Origin: Mobula hypostoma
Taxonomy: Eukaryota
Direction of reading: 5' to 3'
NCBI RefSeq assembly: GCF_963921235.1
Contig: NC_086108.1
Location: 99,946,001-100,010,000 of the forward strand
DNA length: 64,000 nucleotides
Program-made: the position numbers and the translations under genes
Shown: one piece after another, positions 12,386-24,068 of the stretch
Position numbering within the stretch: the first letter of the stretch is position 1
Layout of the letters: the number at the start of each line of letters is the position of its first letter
The notes under the pieces: model-generated
The model's database searches: none
What the model was told of the DNA's origin: nothing
Seen by the model: only the letters and a program-made list of their open reading frames with translations

Positions 12386-13450
12386 CTGGGCATTTCAAAC
12401 CCAGAATCTGTTGGCTATACCAAGATCCCATTGGGAAGATCATGAAAAAAATTTCAAGGAATTTCAGAAGTTTCCTTGGGAAGAAAATTAATCTCAGAGT
12501 AGTATATGGTTTCATCTATGTTGATAATGAATATATGTGGAACTTTTATAAGGTGCTGCCTCAAAATGTGCTGTGTAGACACTTTCATGGTGCTGACCTC
12601 CATGACAGTGACCTGATGACGACAGATCGACAAGTTACAACAGCTTTTTCTCTTAAGTTAAAGCAGCTTTGGAAGTTCCATGTCCTGGAAACTGGTTTAA
12701 TCACCTGTTAAAGGTCACACCTGCCAATCTACATTGGTCAACTCTCTCCATGACCACTAGATGGGGTTACCCACGAGGTACAATCTTGCAATCTGTGTAG
12801 ATAACACTGAGTGTCAAGTTGCCTCCAGCCTCTTTCAACTTGACAGGTTGACCTGTGGTTTGGTTGCTAAGGGTGGTGCTTAAAATAAAAAGGCAGAAGC
12901 CTGGTGCTTAAAAAAAAATTGGCATCTTCTGTAAACAAAGAACTGGTTCAAATTTGCAGAGCTGGCAAAAGAAGTGCTTTGTAGCAGCAATTATGGTTTG
13001 AGCTAGTTGTCTCTGTGAACCATTCTATTAATAACCATCACCCATCCCTAAAATTCCTCCGGCTCCTTTAAACCTATCCAGGCTGTACTCTGGTGCCAAG
13101 GATATGGGATTCTTTTTATTGTCTTTCCTTGGCTGCCATTCTTCTCAGACAAATCCTTCAGTGAAGCTCACTAGATGGCTCTTACATCTCTTAGGCAAAG
13201 GAATCCAAATCAATTCCTCCTCCAGGAACAGTGTGAGGATTCCAGATTTACAATTCCTCTACGTCCAAGAGCCTGCCAGCCATCAATGAAGCAGGATGAT
13301 CTGTTAAATCAAGAAGGAAAGAGAAGATGACCATGCCTTCGATCCAATTAGCACTTTTCAACCAGCGCTTGAATAGAATCAGAATCCAAATCAGGGTTAC
13401 AATTACCAGAAGACCATAAAATATAGGAACAGAATTAGACCATTTCTTAC

Positions 13451-13829
13451 AACACACATAAAAGTTGCTGGCGAACGCAGCAGGCCAGGCAGCATCTCTA
13501 GGAAGAGGTACAGTCGACGTTTCGGGCCGAGACCCTTCGTCAGGACTAACTGAAAGAAGAGCTAGTAAGAGATTTGAAAGTGGGAGGGGGAGGGGAGATC
13601 CGAAATGATAGGAGAAGACAGGAGGGAGAGGGATGGAGCCAAGAGCTGGACAGGTGATTGGCAAAAGGGATATGAGAGGATCATGGGACAGGAGGCCTAG
13701 GGAGAAAGAAAGGGGGAGGGGGGAAAAAAGTCCAGAGGATGGGCAAGGGGTATAGTGAGAGGGACAGAGGGAGAAAAAGGAGAGAGAGAAAAAGAATATA
13801 TATCCAGACGGAATTCATGCCATCAGGTG
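13451..13829 (-). mobile_element. Penelope-like element 3' fragment (pLTR) with TSD
   Basis: Near-identical to the 3' end of the GIY-YIG PLE at 29356-31042; begins in the final ORF codons (PDGMN); 16-bp TSD TTAGACCATTTCTTAC (13435-13450) / TTAGGCCATTTCTTAC (13830-13845). Confidence 0.9.
13512..13547 (-). ncRNA. Minimal type I hammerhead ribozyme motif (intact core)
   Basis: Minus strand AGTC CTGACGA A GGGT-CTCG-GCCC GAAA CG TC GACT: helix I AGTC/GACT, CUGANGA and GAAA cores, GUC cleavage triplet, palindromic ACGU in place of helix III. Confidence 0.8.
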
Positions 13830-13845
13830 TTAGGCCATTTCTTAC

Positions 13846-15715
13846 TTCAGTGGTAGGCAAGTTGTTGGAGAAGATCATGACAGGCAGGAGTTATGAGCAT
13901 TTGGAGAGGTATAATTTGATTAGGGATAGTCAGCATGGCTTTATCAAGGGCAGGCCGTGCCTTACAAGCCTGATTGAATTCTTTGAGGATGTAACAAAAC
14001 ACATTGATGAAGGTAGAGGAGTGGATGTAGTGTAAATGGATTTCAGTAAGGCATTTGATAAGGTTTCCCAGGCAAGGCTTGTTCAGAAAGTAAGAAGGCA
14101 TGGGATCCAAGGAGACCTTACTTTGTGGATCCAGAACTGGCTTGCCCACAGAAGGCAAAGAGTGGTTGTAGACGGGTCATATTCGGCATGGAGGTCAGTG
14201 ACCAGTGATGTTCCACAGCGATCTGTTCTGGGACTTCTCCTCCTTGTGTTTTTTATAAATGACCTGGATGAAGAAGTGGAAGGGTGGGTTAGTAAGTTTG
14301 CTGATGACACAAAAGGTGGGGGTGTTGTGGATAGTCTGAAGGGGTGTTAGAGTTTACAGCGGGACATCGATAGGATGCAGATCTTGGCTGAGAAGTGACA
14401 GATGGAGATCAATCCAGATAATCAGAATCCGGTTTATTATCACCAGCACGTGTCGTGAAATTTGTTAACTTAGCAGCAGCAGTTCAATGCAATACATAAT
14501 ATAGAAGAAAACATATTATAATAAATAAGTAAGTAAATCAGTTATAGTATTTGTATATTGTATAGATTGAAAATTGTGCAGAAACAGAAATAATGTATTT
14601 TTAAAAAGTGAGGTAGTGTTCACGGGTACAATGTTCATTTAGGAATCAGGTGGCAGAGGAGAAGAAGCTGTTCCTGAGTGTGTACCTTCAGGCTTCTGTA
14701 CCTCCAGCCTGATGGTAACAGTGAGAAAAGGGTATGTCCTGGGCAATGGGAGTCATTAACGATGGATGCTGCGTTTCTGAGACTCTGCTCCTTGAGTATG
14801 TCCTGGGTACTTTGTAGGCTAGTACCCAACCAAGATAGAGCCAACTAAATTTACAACCGTCTGCGTCTTCTTTCAGTCCTGTGCAGTAGCGCCACCTCCA
14901 TACCAGACAGTGATGCAGCCCATCTGAATGCTCTCCACAGTACATCTATAGAACTGGGAAGTGGTTCATTTTGGAAGGTCAAATTTGAAGACAAAATACG
15001 GTAAGACTCTTGGCAGTGTAGAGGATCAGAGAGATCTTGGTGTCCGTCTCTATAGAACACTCAAAGCTGCTGTGCAGGTTGATAGTGTTGTTAAGAAGGC
15101 ATATGGTGTGTCGGCCTTCAGCAACCATGGGATTGAGTTCAAGAGCCGTGCGGTAAAGTTACATTTATATAAGATCTTAGTTAGACCCCACTTGGAGTAC
15201 TGTGTTCAGTTCTGGTCACCACAATACACTCTCTCGAGTGCAGAAGAAGTTTACAAGGACGTTGCCTGGATTGGAGAGCATGCCCTATAGAATAGGTTGA
15301 GTGAACTTGGCCTTTTCTCCTTGAAGTGACAGAGGATGAGAGGGGACCTGATAGAGGCATTGATGAGAGGTATTGATCATGTGGACAGCCAGAGGCTTTT
15401 TCCTGGGGCTGAAATGACTAACGTGAGGGGGGCATCATTTTAAGGTACTTAGAAGTAGGTATATAGTGGATGTCAGGTTTGAGTTTTTCACACAGAGAGC
15501 GGTGGGTGTGTGGAATGTACTGCCAGTGATGGTGGTAGAGCCAGATACAATAGGGTCTTTTAAGAAACCCTTACATAGGTACACATGGAGCTTACAAAAA
15601 TAGAGGGCTATGCAGTAGGGAAACTCTAAGCAGTTTCTAGAGTAGGTTATATGGTCGAAACAATATTGTGGGCCGAAGGGCCTGTAATGTGCTGTGGATT
15701 TCTATGTTTTATGTT
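13846..15715 (+). mobile_element. CR1 LINE, 5'-truncated, RT to 3' end (disrupted)
   Basis: SQHGFIKGRPCLTSLIEFF, DFSKAFDKV, VSKFADDTK, RPHLEYCVQFWSP motifs; TTCTATGTT-type tail; CATTT at both flanks; interrupted by 14422-14955. Confidence 0.93.
14422..14955 (-). mobile_element. Rex1/Babar-like 3' fragment nested in CR1
   Basis: AASIVNDSHCPGHTLFSLLPSGWRYRSLKVHT motif; tail reads AATCAGAATC on the + strand. Confidence 0.8.
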
Positions 15716-16786
15716 CATTTGGCCCAATGAGTCTGCTCTACCATTTCATTCATGGCTGATCCAGTTTACCTCTCAGCCTCAATCTCCTGCCTTCTCCCTG
15801 TAATCCTTCATGCCTTGACCAATCAATAATCTATCAACCTCTGCCTTAAATATACATAAGGACTTGGCCTTCACAGCTGCCTGTGGCAACAAATGACTAA
15901 CCTATATTGTGAAATTTGTTGCTTTGGAAAAGCAGTACAGTGCAATACATAAAATATACCAGAAACTAAATAAGAAATATATATTAAAATAATTAAGTAG
16001 TGCAAAAAGTGAGTAAAAATAGTGAGTTATTATTCATGGGTTCATTGATCATTCTGAAATCTGACAGTGGTCGGGAAGAAACTGTTTCTGAAAAGTCGAA
16101 TGTGTCTTCAGGCTCCTGTGCCTCCTCCCAAATGGTATAACGAGATGGTTCTTACCTTAGATAAGATGAACTGTTATTTTGCACCTTCCCCCTCACTTGG
16201 TTTCACCTATCACCTGCCAACTAGTAGTCTCAACATACCTTCCCCACTTTCTTATTCTGGCTTCTTCCTGCTTCCTTTCCAGTCCTGATAAAGCATCTCA
16301 GGCTGAAATGTGGACTGTCTGTACCTCTCCATAGATGCTGCCTGATCTGCTGTGTATCTCCTGCATTTGAGGTGTGTGACTTATTACATTGCTGCTTGAA
16401 GAAGTTTGCAGTGCAGATGAATTCTGAAGAAACCACCCAGAGAAGCTGTACTTGCGTGTCCTACTGACAACAGGGCCCAGACTAAAATCATAAACACAAG
16501 AGATTCTGTGGGTGCTGGAAATTCAGAGCAACATACTGAAGGAACTCAGCAGGTTCTGATGAAGGATCTCAGCTCAAATCATCAACTGTTCATTCGCTAC
16601 CATAGATCCTGCCTGACCTGTTGATTTCTTCCAGACAACGATCAGAGGCACCTTAAATTCAAAGTGCAAAGTAAATTTATTATCAAAGTACAGACATGTC
16701 ACCATATACAAACCCTGAGATTCATTTTCTTGCAGTCATACTCAATAAATCTAGACTAACGTAATAAACAGTACAGGATCCTCCCA

Positions 16787-17473
16787 GGAGGGGGGAGAAG
16801 ATGGCGGCGCGATGCAGCGCGTGCGACCTCTCCGGTGAATGATATCTGTAATCTGTCAAATAGGGGACCGTGCACAATTCTGATTTGATGGAGATGGACG
16901 TGACAGTATGGAGGAACATCTGGAAAACTTCTGAAATGCCCGCTTCGCTGCCGCTGCTATTGTGTGGTAACCGGAATCTCCGGAGCTGAAGGCCCCGAAA
17001 TCCTTGGCTTTGCTTGTTTCAGCGGTCAGAGCGAGGTTGAAGGCGCTCGGCAGAGGATGGCGCTCGGGGGGCTGTATCGGAGGGGCTGGTCGGAAGCTCG
17101 GAGTTTTCGGACGGATGGACTCAGTGTCGGCTGTGGTCGGCTGCTTCCAAGGCATTGGCAAGCTGACGGTGCCTGGAGGTTTATGGCAGGGGGTTTCCCC
17201 CTTTTACCGCTGCTATCGGGGACTCGGGAGTCGATCGACTTGGGGACTTTTGAGACTTTTTTTTCCTGAGCCCATGGTCTGTTCTTCATCAAATTATGGT
17301 ATTGATTTGAATTGGTGTAACTATATGCTATAATTATGTGGTTCTGTCAGTGTTAGTCTTTGGTCTGTACTGCTTTCTGTGATATCACTCTGGAGAAACA
17401 TTGTATCATTTCTTAATGCCTGTATGCATTTCTAAATGACAATAAAAGAGGACTGAGTGTTCTCATACTCTAA
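16787..17473 (+). mobile_element. Non-coding ~690-bp retroposon with GAGAAGATGGCGGC head (copy 2)
   Basis: CpG-rich head, colinear with the reverse complement of 1431-2050, shared 3' tail; interrupts a Rex1-type 3' UTR element. Confidence 0.8.
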
Positions 17474-17620
17474 TCAATGAAATACCACAACAACTTGGGA
17501 GCTCAACCAGTGTTCCAAAGACAAAAAACTGCAAATACAAGAAGAAAAAATATAATAATAATAAATAAATTAGGAATAAATATTGAGGACGTGAGATGAA
17601 GAGTCCTTGAAAGTGAATCT

Positions 17621-18740
17621 AGTCATAGTCATAGTCATACTTTATTGATCCCGGGGAAAACTGGTTTTCATTACAGTTGCACCATAAATAATAAATAGTA
17701 ATAGTACCATAAATAGTTAAATAGTAATATGTAAATTATGCCAGTAAATTATGAAATGTGTCCAGGACCAGCCTATTGGCTCAGGGTTTCTGACCCTCCA
17801 AGGGAGGAGTTATAAAGTTTGATGGCCACAGGCAGGAATGACTTCCTATGATGCTCTGTGTTGCATCTCGGTGGAATGAGTCTCTGGCTGAATGTACTCC
17901 TGTGCCCAACCAGTACATTATGTAGTGGATGGGAGACATTGACCAAGATGGCAAGCAACTTAGACAGCATCCTCTTTTCAGACACCACAGTGAGAGAGTC
18001 CAGTTCCATCCCCACAACATCACTGGCCTTACGAATGAGTTTGTTGATTCTGTTGGTGTCTGCTACCCTCAGCCTGCTGCCCCAGCACACAACAGCAAAC
18101 ATGATAGCACTGGCCACCACAGACTCATAGAACATCCTCAGCATCGTCTGGTAGATGTTAAATGACCTCAGTCTCCTCAGGAAATAGAGACGGCTCTGAC
18201 CCTTCTTGTAGACAGCCTCAGTGTTCTTAGACCAGTCCAATTTATTGTCAATTCGTATCCCTAGGTATTTGTAATCCTCCACCATGTCCACACTGACCCC
18301 CTGGATGGAAACAGGGGTCACCGGTACCTTAGCTCTCTTCAGGACTACCACCAGCTCCTTGGTCTTTTTCACATTAAGCTGCAGATAATTCTGCTCACAC
18401 CATGTGACAAAGTTTCCTACCGTAGCCCTGTACTCAACCTCATCTCCCTTGCTGATGCATCCAACTATGGCAGAGTCATCCGAAAACTTCTGAAGATGAC
18501 AAGACTCTGTGCAGTAGTTGAAGTCCAAGGTGTAAATGGTGAAGAGAAAGGGAGACAAGACAGTCCCCTGTGGAGCCCCAGTGCTGCTGATCATTCTGTC
18601 GGACACACAATGTTGCAAGCACACGTACTGTGATCTGCCAGTCAGGTAATCAAGAATCCATGATACCAGGGAAGCATCCACCTGCATCGCTGTCAGCTTC
18701 TCCCCCAGCAGAGCAGGGCGGTTGGTGTTGAACGCACTGG
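17621..18740 (-). mobile_element. Rex1/Babar LINE, 5'-truncated within RT
   Basis: About 1.1 kb with (ATGACT)n tail at 17621-17640; truncated at the SSAFNT motif (~18740). Confidence 0.95.
17773..18687 (-). pseudogene. Uninterrupted 304-aa C-terminal half of a Rex1/Babar reverse transcriptase
   Basis: STGAPQGTVLSPFLFTIYT, LQKFSDDSAIVG, LQLNVKKTKELVV and YKYLGIRIDNKLDW motifs; lacks the endonuclease and RT N-terminus. Confidence 0.93.
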
Positions 18741-19647
18741 TGGGAGAATTTCATCGTTTGGGCAAGTGAAGATGAGTGAAGTTATCCCGACTGGTTAAAG
18801 AGCCTGATGGCTGAAGGGTGGTAACTGCTCCTGAACCTGCTGGTGTGTGTCCTGAGGCTCCTGTACCTTTTTCTTGGTGACAGCAGCAAGAAGAGAGAAC
18901 GCTCTGTGTGATGGGTGTCCCTGATGACGGATGATGCTTCCCTGTGACAATGTTTCTGTCTTTTGGCTAATATCAATTAATGGAACATTCTCAAGCACGC
19001 ACTTGAAGCGTGCCATTTTCAAGTCTGTACCTGAGTACAAGAAGCTGCAGAGAATTGTGGATGCAGCTCAGCACATCACCGAAACTAGCCTCCCCTCCAT
19101 GGACTTCTCATTGCTTCAGACCCTACAGCCAGACCCCTACCTAACCCAGCCATTCTCACTTCTCCCACCCTCTCATCAGGTAGATGATACAAAATCCTGA
19201 AAGCACATACTGCCAAGCTCAAGGACAGCTTCTACCCTGCTGTCATAAGACAATTATGTAGTTTCTTAGAACAATAAGTTGGACTATTGATCTCACAATC
19301 TACCTTGTTACGATCTGGCAACATCAACTTTATTCCTCTCCATAGATGCTGCCTTACCTGCTGTGTTCATCAACATTTCATGTATGATACTGTAGATTTC
19401 CAACACCTACAGAATCTCTTATATTTATGATCTTGTACCATGTTGTTTACTGTGATGCACTTTCTCTGCACCTGTTATACTTCATTCTGCATCGTTATTC
19501 TTTAACCTTGCTCTACCTCAGGGCAGTGTGTAATGATCTGATCTGTATGGAAGGTAAGGAAGAAAGCTTTTCCGTGTGTCTCGATGGCTGTGACAATAAT
19601 AAACCAATTCCATTTCCAAGTCCCTGTCTGAGAGCCCCATATATCAA

Positions 19648-20949
19648 AGTCACCATGGTTTCCTTAAGGGAAAATCGTGCCTGATGAACCTGTTGGAATT
19701 CTTTGAGGAGATTACAAGTAGGATAGATAAAGAGGATGCAGTGGATGTTGTACATTTGGATTTTCAGAAGGCCTTTGACAAGAAGCCAAACATGAGGCTG
19801 CTTACCAGGTTAAGAGCCAGTGGTATTACAGGAAAGTTCCCAGCACAGCTAGATCATTGGCTGATTGGCAGGAGGCAGCGAGTGGAAATAGAAGGATCCT
19901 TTTCTGGTTGGCTGCCAGTAACTAGCGGTGTTTCACAGGGGTCAGTGTTGGGACAGCTTCTTTTTATGCTGTATATAAATGACTTAGATGATGTCATAGA
20001 TGGCTTTGTTTCCAAGCTTACAGATGATATGAAGATTGGTGGAGGGGCAGATGGTGTCGAGGACACTGGTGAGTTGCAGATGGACTTAGACAGATTAGGA
20101 GAATGGGCAAGAGGGTGGCAAATGAAATACAGTGTTGCAAAATGCACAGTCTTGCACTTTGGTCGAAGAAGTAAATGTGTCGACTATTTTCTAAATGAAG
20201 AGAAAATACAAAAATCTGAGATGCAAGGGACTTGAGATTCCTCGTGCAGAACACCCTGGTTAACTTGCAGGTTGAGTCGGTGGTGAGGAAGTCAAATGCA
20301 ATGTTAGTATTCATTTCAAGAGGTTTGGAATATAATAGCAGGGATGCGATGCTGAGGGTTTATAAGGAGCTGTTGTGGCCTGACCTTGAGTATCGTGAAT
20401 AGCTTTGGTCTCCTTATTTTAGAAATGATGTGCTGGCATTGGAGAGGGTTCAGAGGAGGTTCACGAGGATGATTCTGGGAATCACAGGTTATCATATGCG
20501 GGACGTTTGGTAGCTCTGGGTCTGTACTCACTGGAATTTAGGAGGATGAGGAGTGGTCTTGTTGAAGCCTTTTGAATATTGAATGGCCTAGACAGAGTAG
20601 ATCTGGAAAGGGTATTTCCCATGGTGGGGGAATGTCTGGGGCAAGAGGGCGTAGCCTCAGGATAAGAGGGGTGTCCATTTAAAGCAGATATGTGGAGAAA
20701 TTTCTTGAGCCGTTGATGGTTAAGTTGTGGAATTTGTTACCACAGGCAATTGTGAAGGCAGGTTGTTAGGTGTATTTAAGGCAAAGATTGATAGGTCTTT
20801 GATTGGCCACCGCATCAAATGTTACAGGGGGAACCTGGGGAGTGGGGCGGAAGAGGGATAAAGACAGGATCAGTCATAATTGAATGTGGAGCAGACACGA
20901 TTGGCCAAATGGCCTAAATCTGCTCCTATATCTTATGGTTTTATGGTCT
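19648..20949 (+). mobile_element. CR1 LINE, 5'-truncated, RT to 3' end (disrupted)
   Basis: ORF 19684-20235 NLLEFFEE..DVVHLDFQKAFDK..GVSQGSVLGQLLFMLYINDL; tail TCTTATGGTTTTATGGTCT. Confidence 0.93.
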
Positions 20950-20970
20950 ATATCCATTTCCAATATACTG

Positions 20971-21285
20971 AGCAACACACACACAAAATACTGGAGGAAC
21001 TCTGCAAGTCAGGTAGCACCTATAGAAGGGAATAAACATTCAACATTTCGGGCCGAGACCCTTCATCAGGACTGTAAGGGAAGGGGGGATGATGCCAGAA
21101 TAAGAAGGTGGTGGGAGGGGAAGGAGTTCAAGCAAGAAGGTGATAGGTGAAGCCAGGTGGCTGGAAGAGGGTGGGGAGAAGTAAGAAGCTAGGAGGTGAT
21201 AGGTGGAAAAGGTAAAGGGCTTAAGATGAGGGAATCTAATAGGAGGGGAGATTGGATGATGGGAAAAAGGGAAGGAGGAGGGGCG
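20971..21285 (-). mobile_element. Penelope-derived pLTR fragment with hammerhead remnant (21038-21073)
   Basis: Minus strand AGTC CTGATGA A GGGTCTCGGCCC GAAA TG TT GAAT plus the purine-rich block typical of this family. Confidence 0.8.
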
Positions 21286-21439
21286 CCCAGCACTGATCAA
21301 GACAATTGCTTTAGTTTTTTTTGCTTTGAGAACACAAAAAAGTTTCTCCAGCATTGTCCAAAGCTAACAACCGTTGATTTGTTCAGGTCAGTGATCAAAA
21401 TCTGGTACATTCCTGCACTTGATGCTGCTTGCTCATTCT

Positions 21440-21462
21440 TGTGTGTGTGTGTGTGTGTGCGT

Positions 21463-21510
<48 letters not shown>

Positions 21511-21518
21511 ACACACAC
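21440..21518. repeat. (GT)n immediately followed by (AC)n microsatellite
   Basis: Read directly; centre GTAC at 21463-21466. Confidence 0.97.
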
Positions 21519-21714
21519 AACCAGTCAGTGTGCCGTCAGCCTATGCTTTTCATTTACATCATTCCACTCCTCAAAGAATATGTTTGCTAAAGGCTGCAGC
21601 AGGGTTGGCAACCCTTCAAGACAGGCCTGAAGCCTCCAAGGATTGAAGATTAAACTCTTGTACACAGCCAGCCACCCAGAAGACCACAGGAACTTTCAAC
21701 ACAGTAATTATTTA

Positions 21715-22185
21715 ATTTTGGGAAGTATTGGAAATGGGAGTAAAAAAAAATTCTCTTGGATTCTCTGGGTCTTGGAGAAGGCCCAGAGAAGGTTCTCGAG
21801 AATGATCCTGGGAACAAAGGGGTTAATGTATGATGGCGATGAGTCTGTATGTTTCCTGTAGGGGTGGAGTCCAGGATCAGAGGGCACAGCCTCAGAATGA
21901 AAGGACATCCCTTTAGAACAGAGAAGAGGAGGAATTTCTTTAGCCAGAGCATGGTGAATCTCTGGAATTCATGGCAACAGATGACCGTGAAAGCCAAGTC
22001 ATTGGATACATTTAAAATGGAGATTGATAGGTTCTTGATTAGTAAGGATGTCAAAGGTTACGGGGAGAAGACAGGAGAGTGGGGTTGATAGGGTTAATAA
22101 GTCAGCCATGATGGCATGGCAGAGGAGACTCAATAGGCTGAATGGCCTGATTCTGCTCCTATATCTGATGGTGTTATGGTCATAT
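21715..22185 (+). mobile_element. CR1 LINE 3' end
   Basis: ESRIRGHSLRMKGHPFRTEKRRNFFSQSMVNLWNS motif and 3' UTR. Confidence 0.88.
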
Positions 22186-22849
22186 GGGTGTAGGGAGGTT
22201 AGGGGTGACACTCAGCCACAGTCCAATGTCCCAAGACTGAATGTTAGCGGAAGCAGGTTGATATAAATGGACTGATGAACATACCTATTAGGAGCAGGAG
22301 TAGGCATTAATGCTTTTCCACTATTTAATAAGATCATATTTAACCTGATCATTTCTTTATGCTTTACCATCAATATGCAGTGGCCTTTCACCCCCTTGTT
22401 TATCTGACATCTATATATCCTTGCCTTAAAAATACTCAGAGACTCTCTTCTACTGTCCTCCAATTTCAAAGATTCTGGGAGACAAAAATCACCACATCTC
22501 TGAATTAAATGGACAGCCTCTTAACTTTTAAACTGTAATCCTTAGTTCAAGACTGTAACCCTTAGCTTAGGAGCTTGAGGAGATTTTGATATGTCAGCAA
22601 AGACTCTCGCAAGTTTCTACAGATGTACTGTGGAGGGCATTCTGACTTATTGCAACACTATCTGGTAAGGAGGTGCCACTAAACAGGATCGAAAAAAGCT
22701 ACAGAGGGCTGTAACCTCAGCCATCTCCATCATGGACACTATCCTCCCCACCAATGAGGACATCCTCAAAAAGTGATGCCTTAAAACGGTGGCATCTGTC
22801 ATTAAGGACCTCCATCACCCAGGACATGCCTCTTCGCATTCCTACCATT

Positions 22850-23420
22850 GAATTTTTTCTAAAATGCTGCTAATCTATATGCCTTTACCACCACCCCTGG
22901 CACTCTCCACTCTGTAAAGAACTACCTCTGACATCTCCCCTCTACTTTCCTCCAATCACCTTAAAATTGAATTAATGTATTAGCCATTTCTGCCCTGGGA
23001 AAAAGATCTCTGGTTATCCAGTCAATCTATACATTTTATCATCTTGTACACCTCTACACATCTATCAAGTCACCTCTCATCCTCCTTTACTCCAAAAAGA
23101 AAAGCCCTAGCTCGCTCAACCTTTCTTCATAAGGCATGCCCTCTAATCCAGGCAGCTTCCTGAAGATGGATCTCAGCCCGAAAAGTTGGCCATTTATTTT
23201 ATTCCATAGGCGCTGCCTGACCTGAGTTCCTCCAGCATTTTGTGTGTGTAACTTTGGATTTCCAGCGTCTGTAGACTTTCTCCTGTTTATGATGAGCACC
23301 TTGGTAAATCTCCTCTGCACCCTCTCTAAAGTTTCCACTTACTTCTTATAATGAGGTAATCAGAACTGGGCACAACATTCCAAGTGTGGTCTAACCAGGA
23401 TTTTATAGAGTTGCAACTTT
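22850..23420 (-). mobile_element. CR1 3' fragment with a nested PLE-derived element (~23158-23290, +)
   Basis: METLERVQRRFTK...LPGLEGMPYEERLSELGLFFLE split by a pLTR-type insert with a decayed hammerhead (CTGAAGA..GAAA). Confidence 0.8.
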
Positions 23421-23554
23421 GCTCGACATAACTCTCCTCCACCTTCTTTGCAAGTCATAATCACATCTTTTCTCATTTACTCAGTTGAGATAAAGAACGT
23501 TCAACCTGAAACATAAACTCTGTTTCCCCTTTCGTAGATGTTGCCTGCCTTAAT

Positions 23555-24068
23555 TGTTGCAGTTTGGGTGCCTTATCTAAGAAGGGATGTGTTGACATTG
23601 GAGAGGGTTCAAAGGAGGTTCACGGAAATAATTCCAGGATTGAAAAACTTGTCATATGAAGAGCATTTGATGGTTATGGGTCTGTATTCACTAGAATCGA
23701 GAAGAATGAGTGGTAACCTAATTGAAACCTATCGAATGATGATAGAGTGGATGTGGAGAAGATGATTCCTATGCTGGGAGAATCTAAGACCAGAGGACAC
23801 AGAATTCAGAGTAGATGGGTGTTCTTTTATAATGGAGATGAGGAGGATTTTCTTCAGCCAGAGAGTGGTAAATCTGTGAAATCCTTTGCCACAGGCAGCT
23901 GTGGCGGTCAAATCATTATGAATTTTTAAGGAAGAGGTTGATAGATTCTTGATTGCAAGGGATACAGGGAGAAGGCAGGAGAGGGAAAATGGATCAGTCA
24001 TGATGAAGTGACGGAAGAGACTCGATGGGACAAATTGTCTAATTTTACTCCTTTATCTGATGGTCTTA
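23555..24068 (+). mobile_element. CR1 LINE 3' end
   Basis: WVPYLRRDVLTLERVQRRFTEIIPGL..YEEHL..GLYSLE motif. Confidence 0.88.

Noticed and set aside
17773..18687. Domesticated or functional RT gene
   Set aside because: 5'-truncated mid-RT with an intact retroposon tail; the open frame is explained by recent insertion
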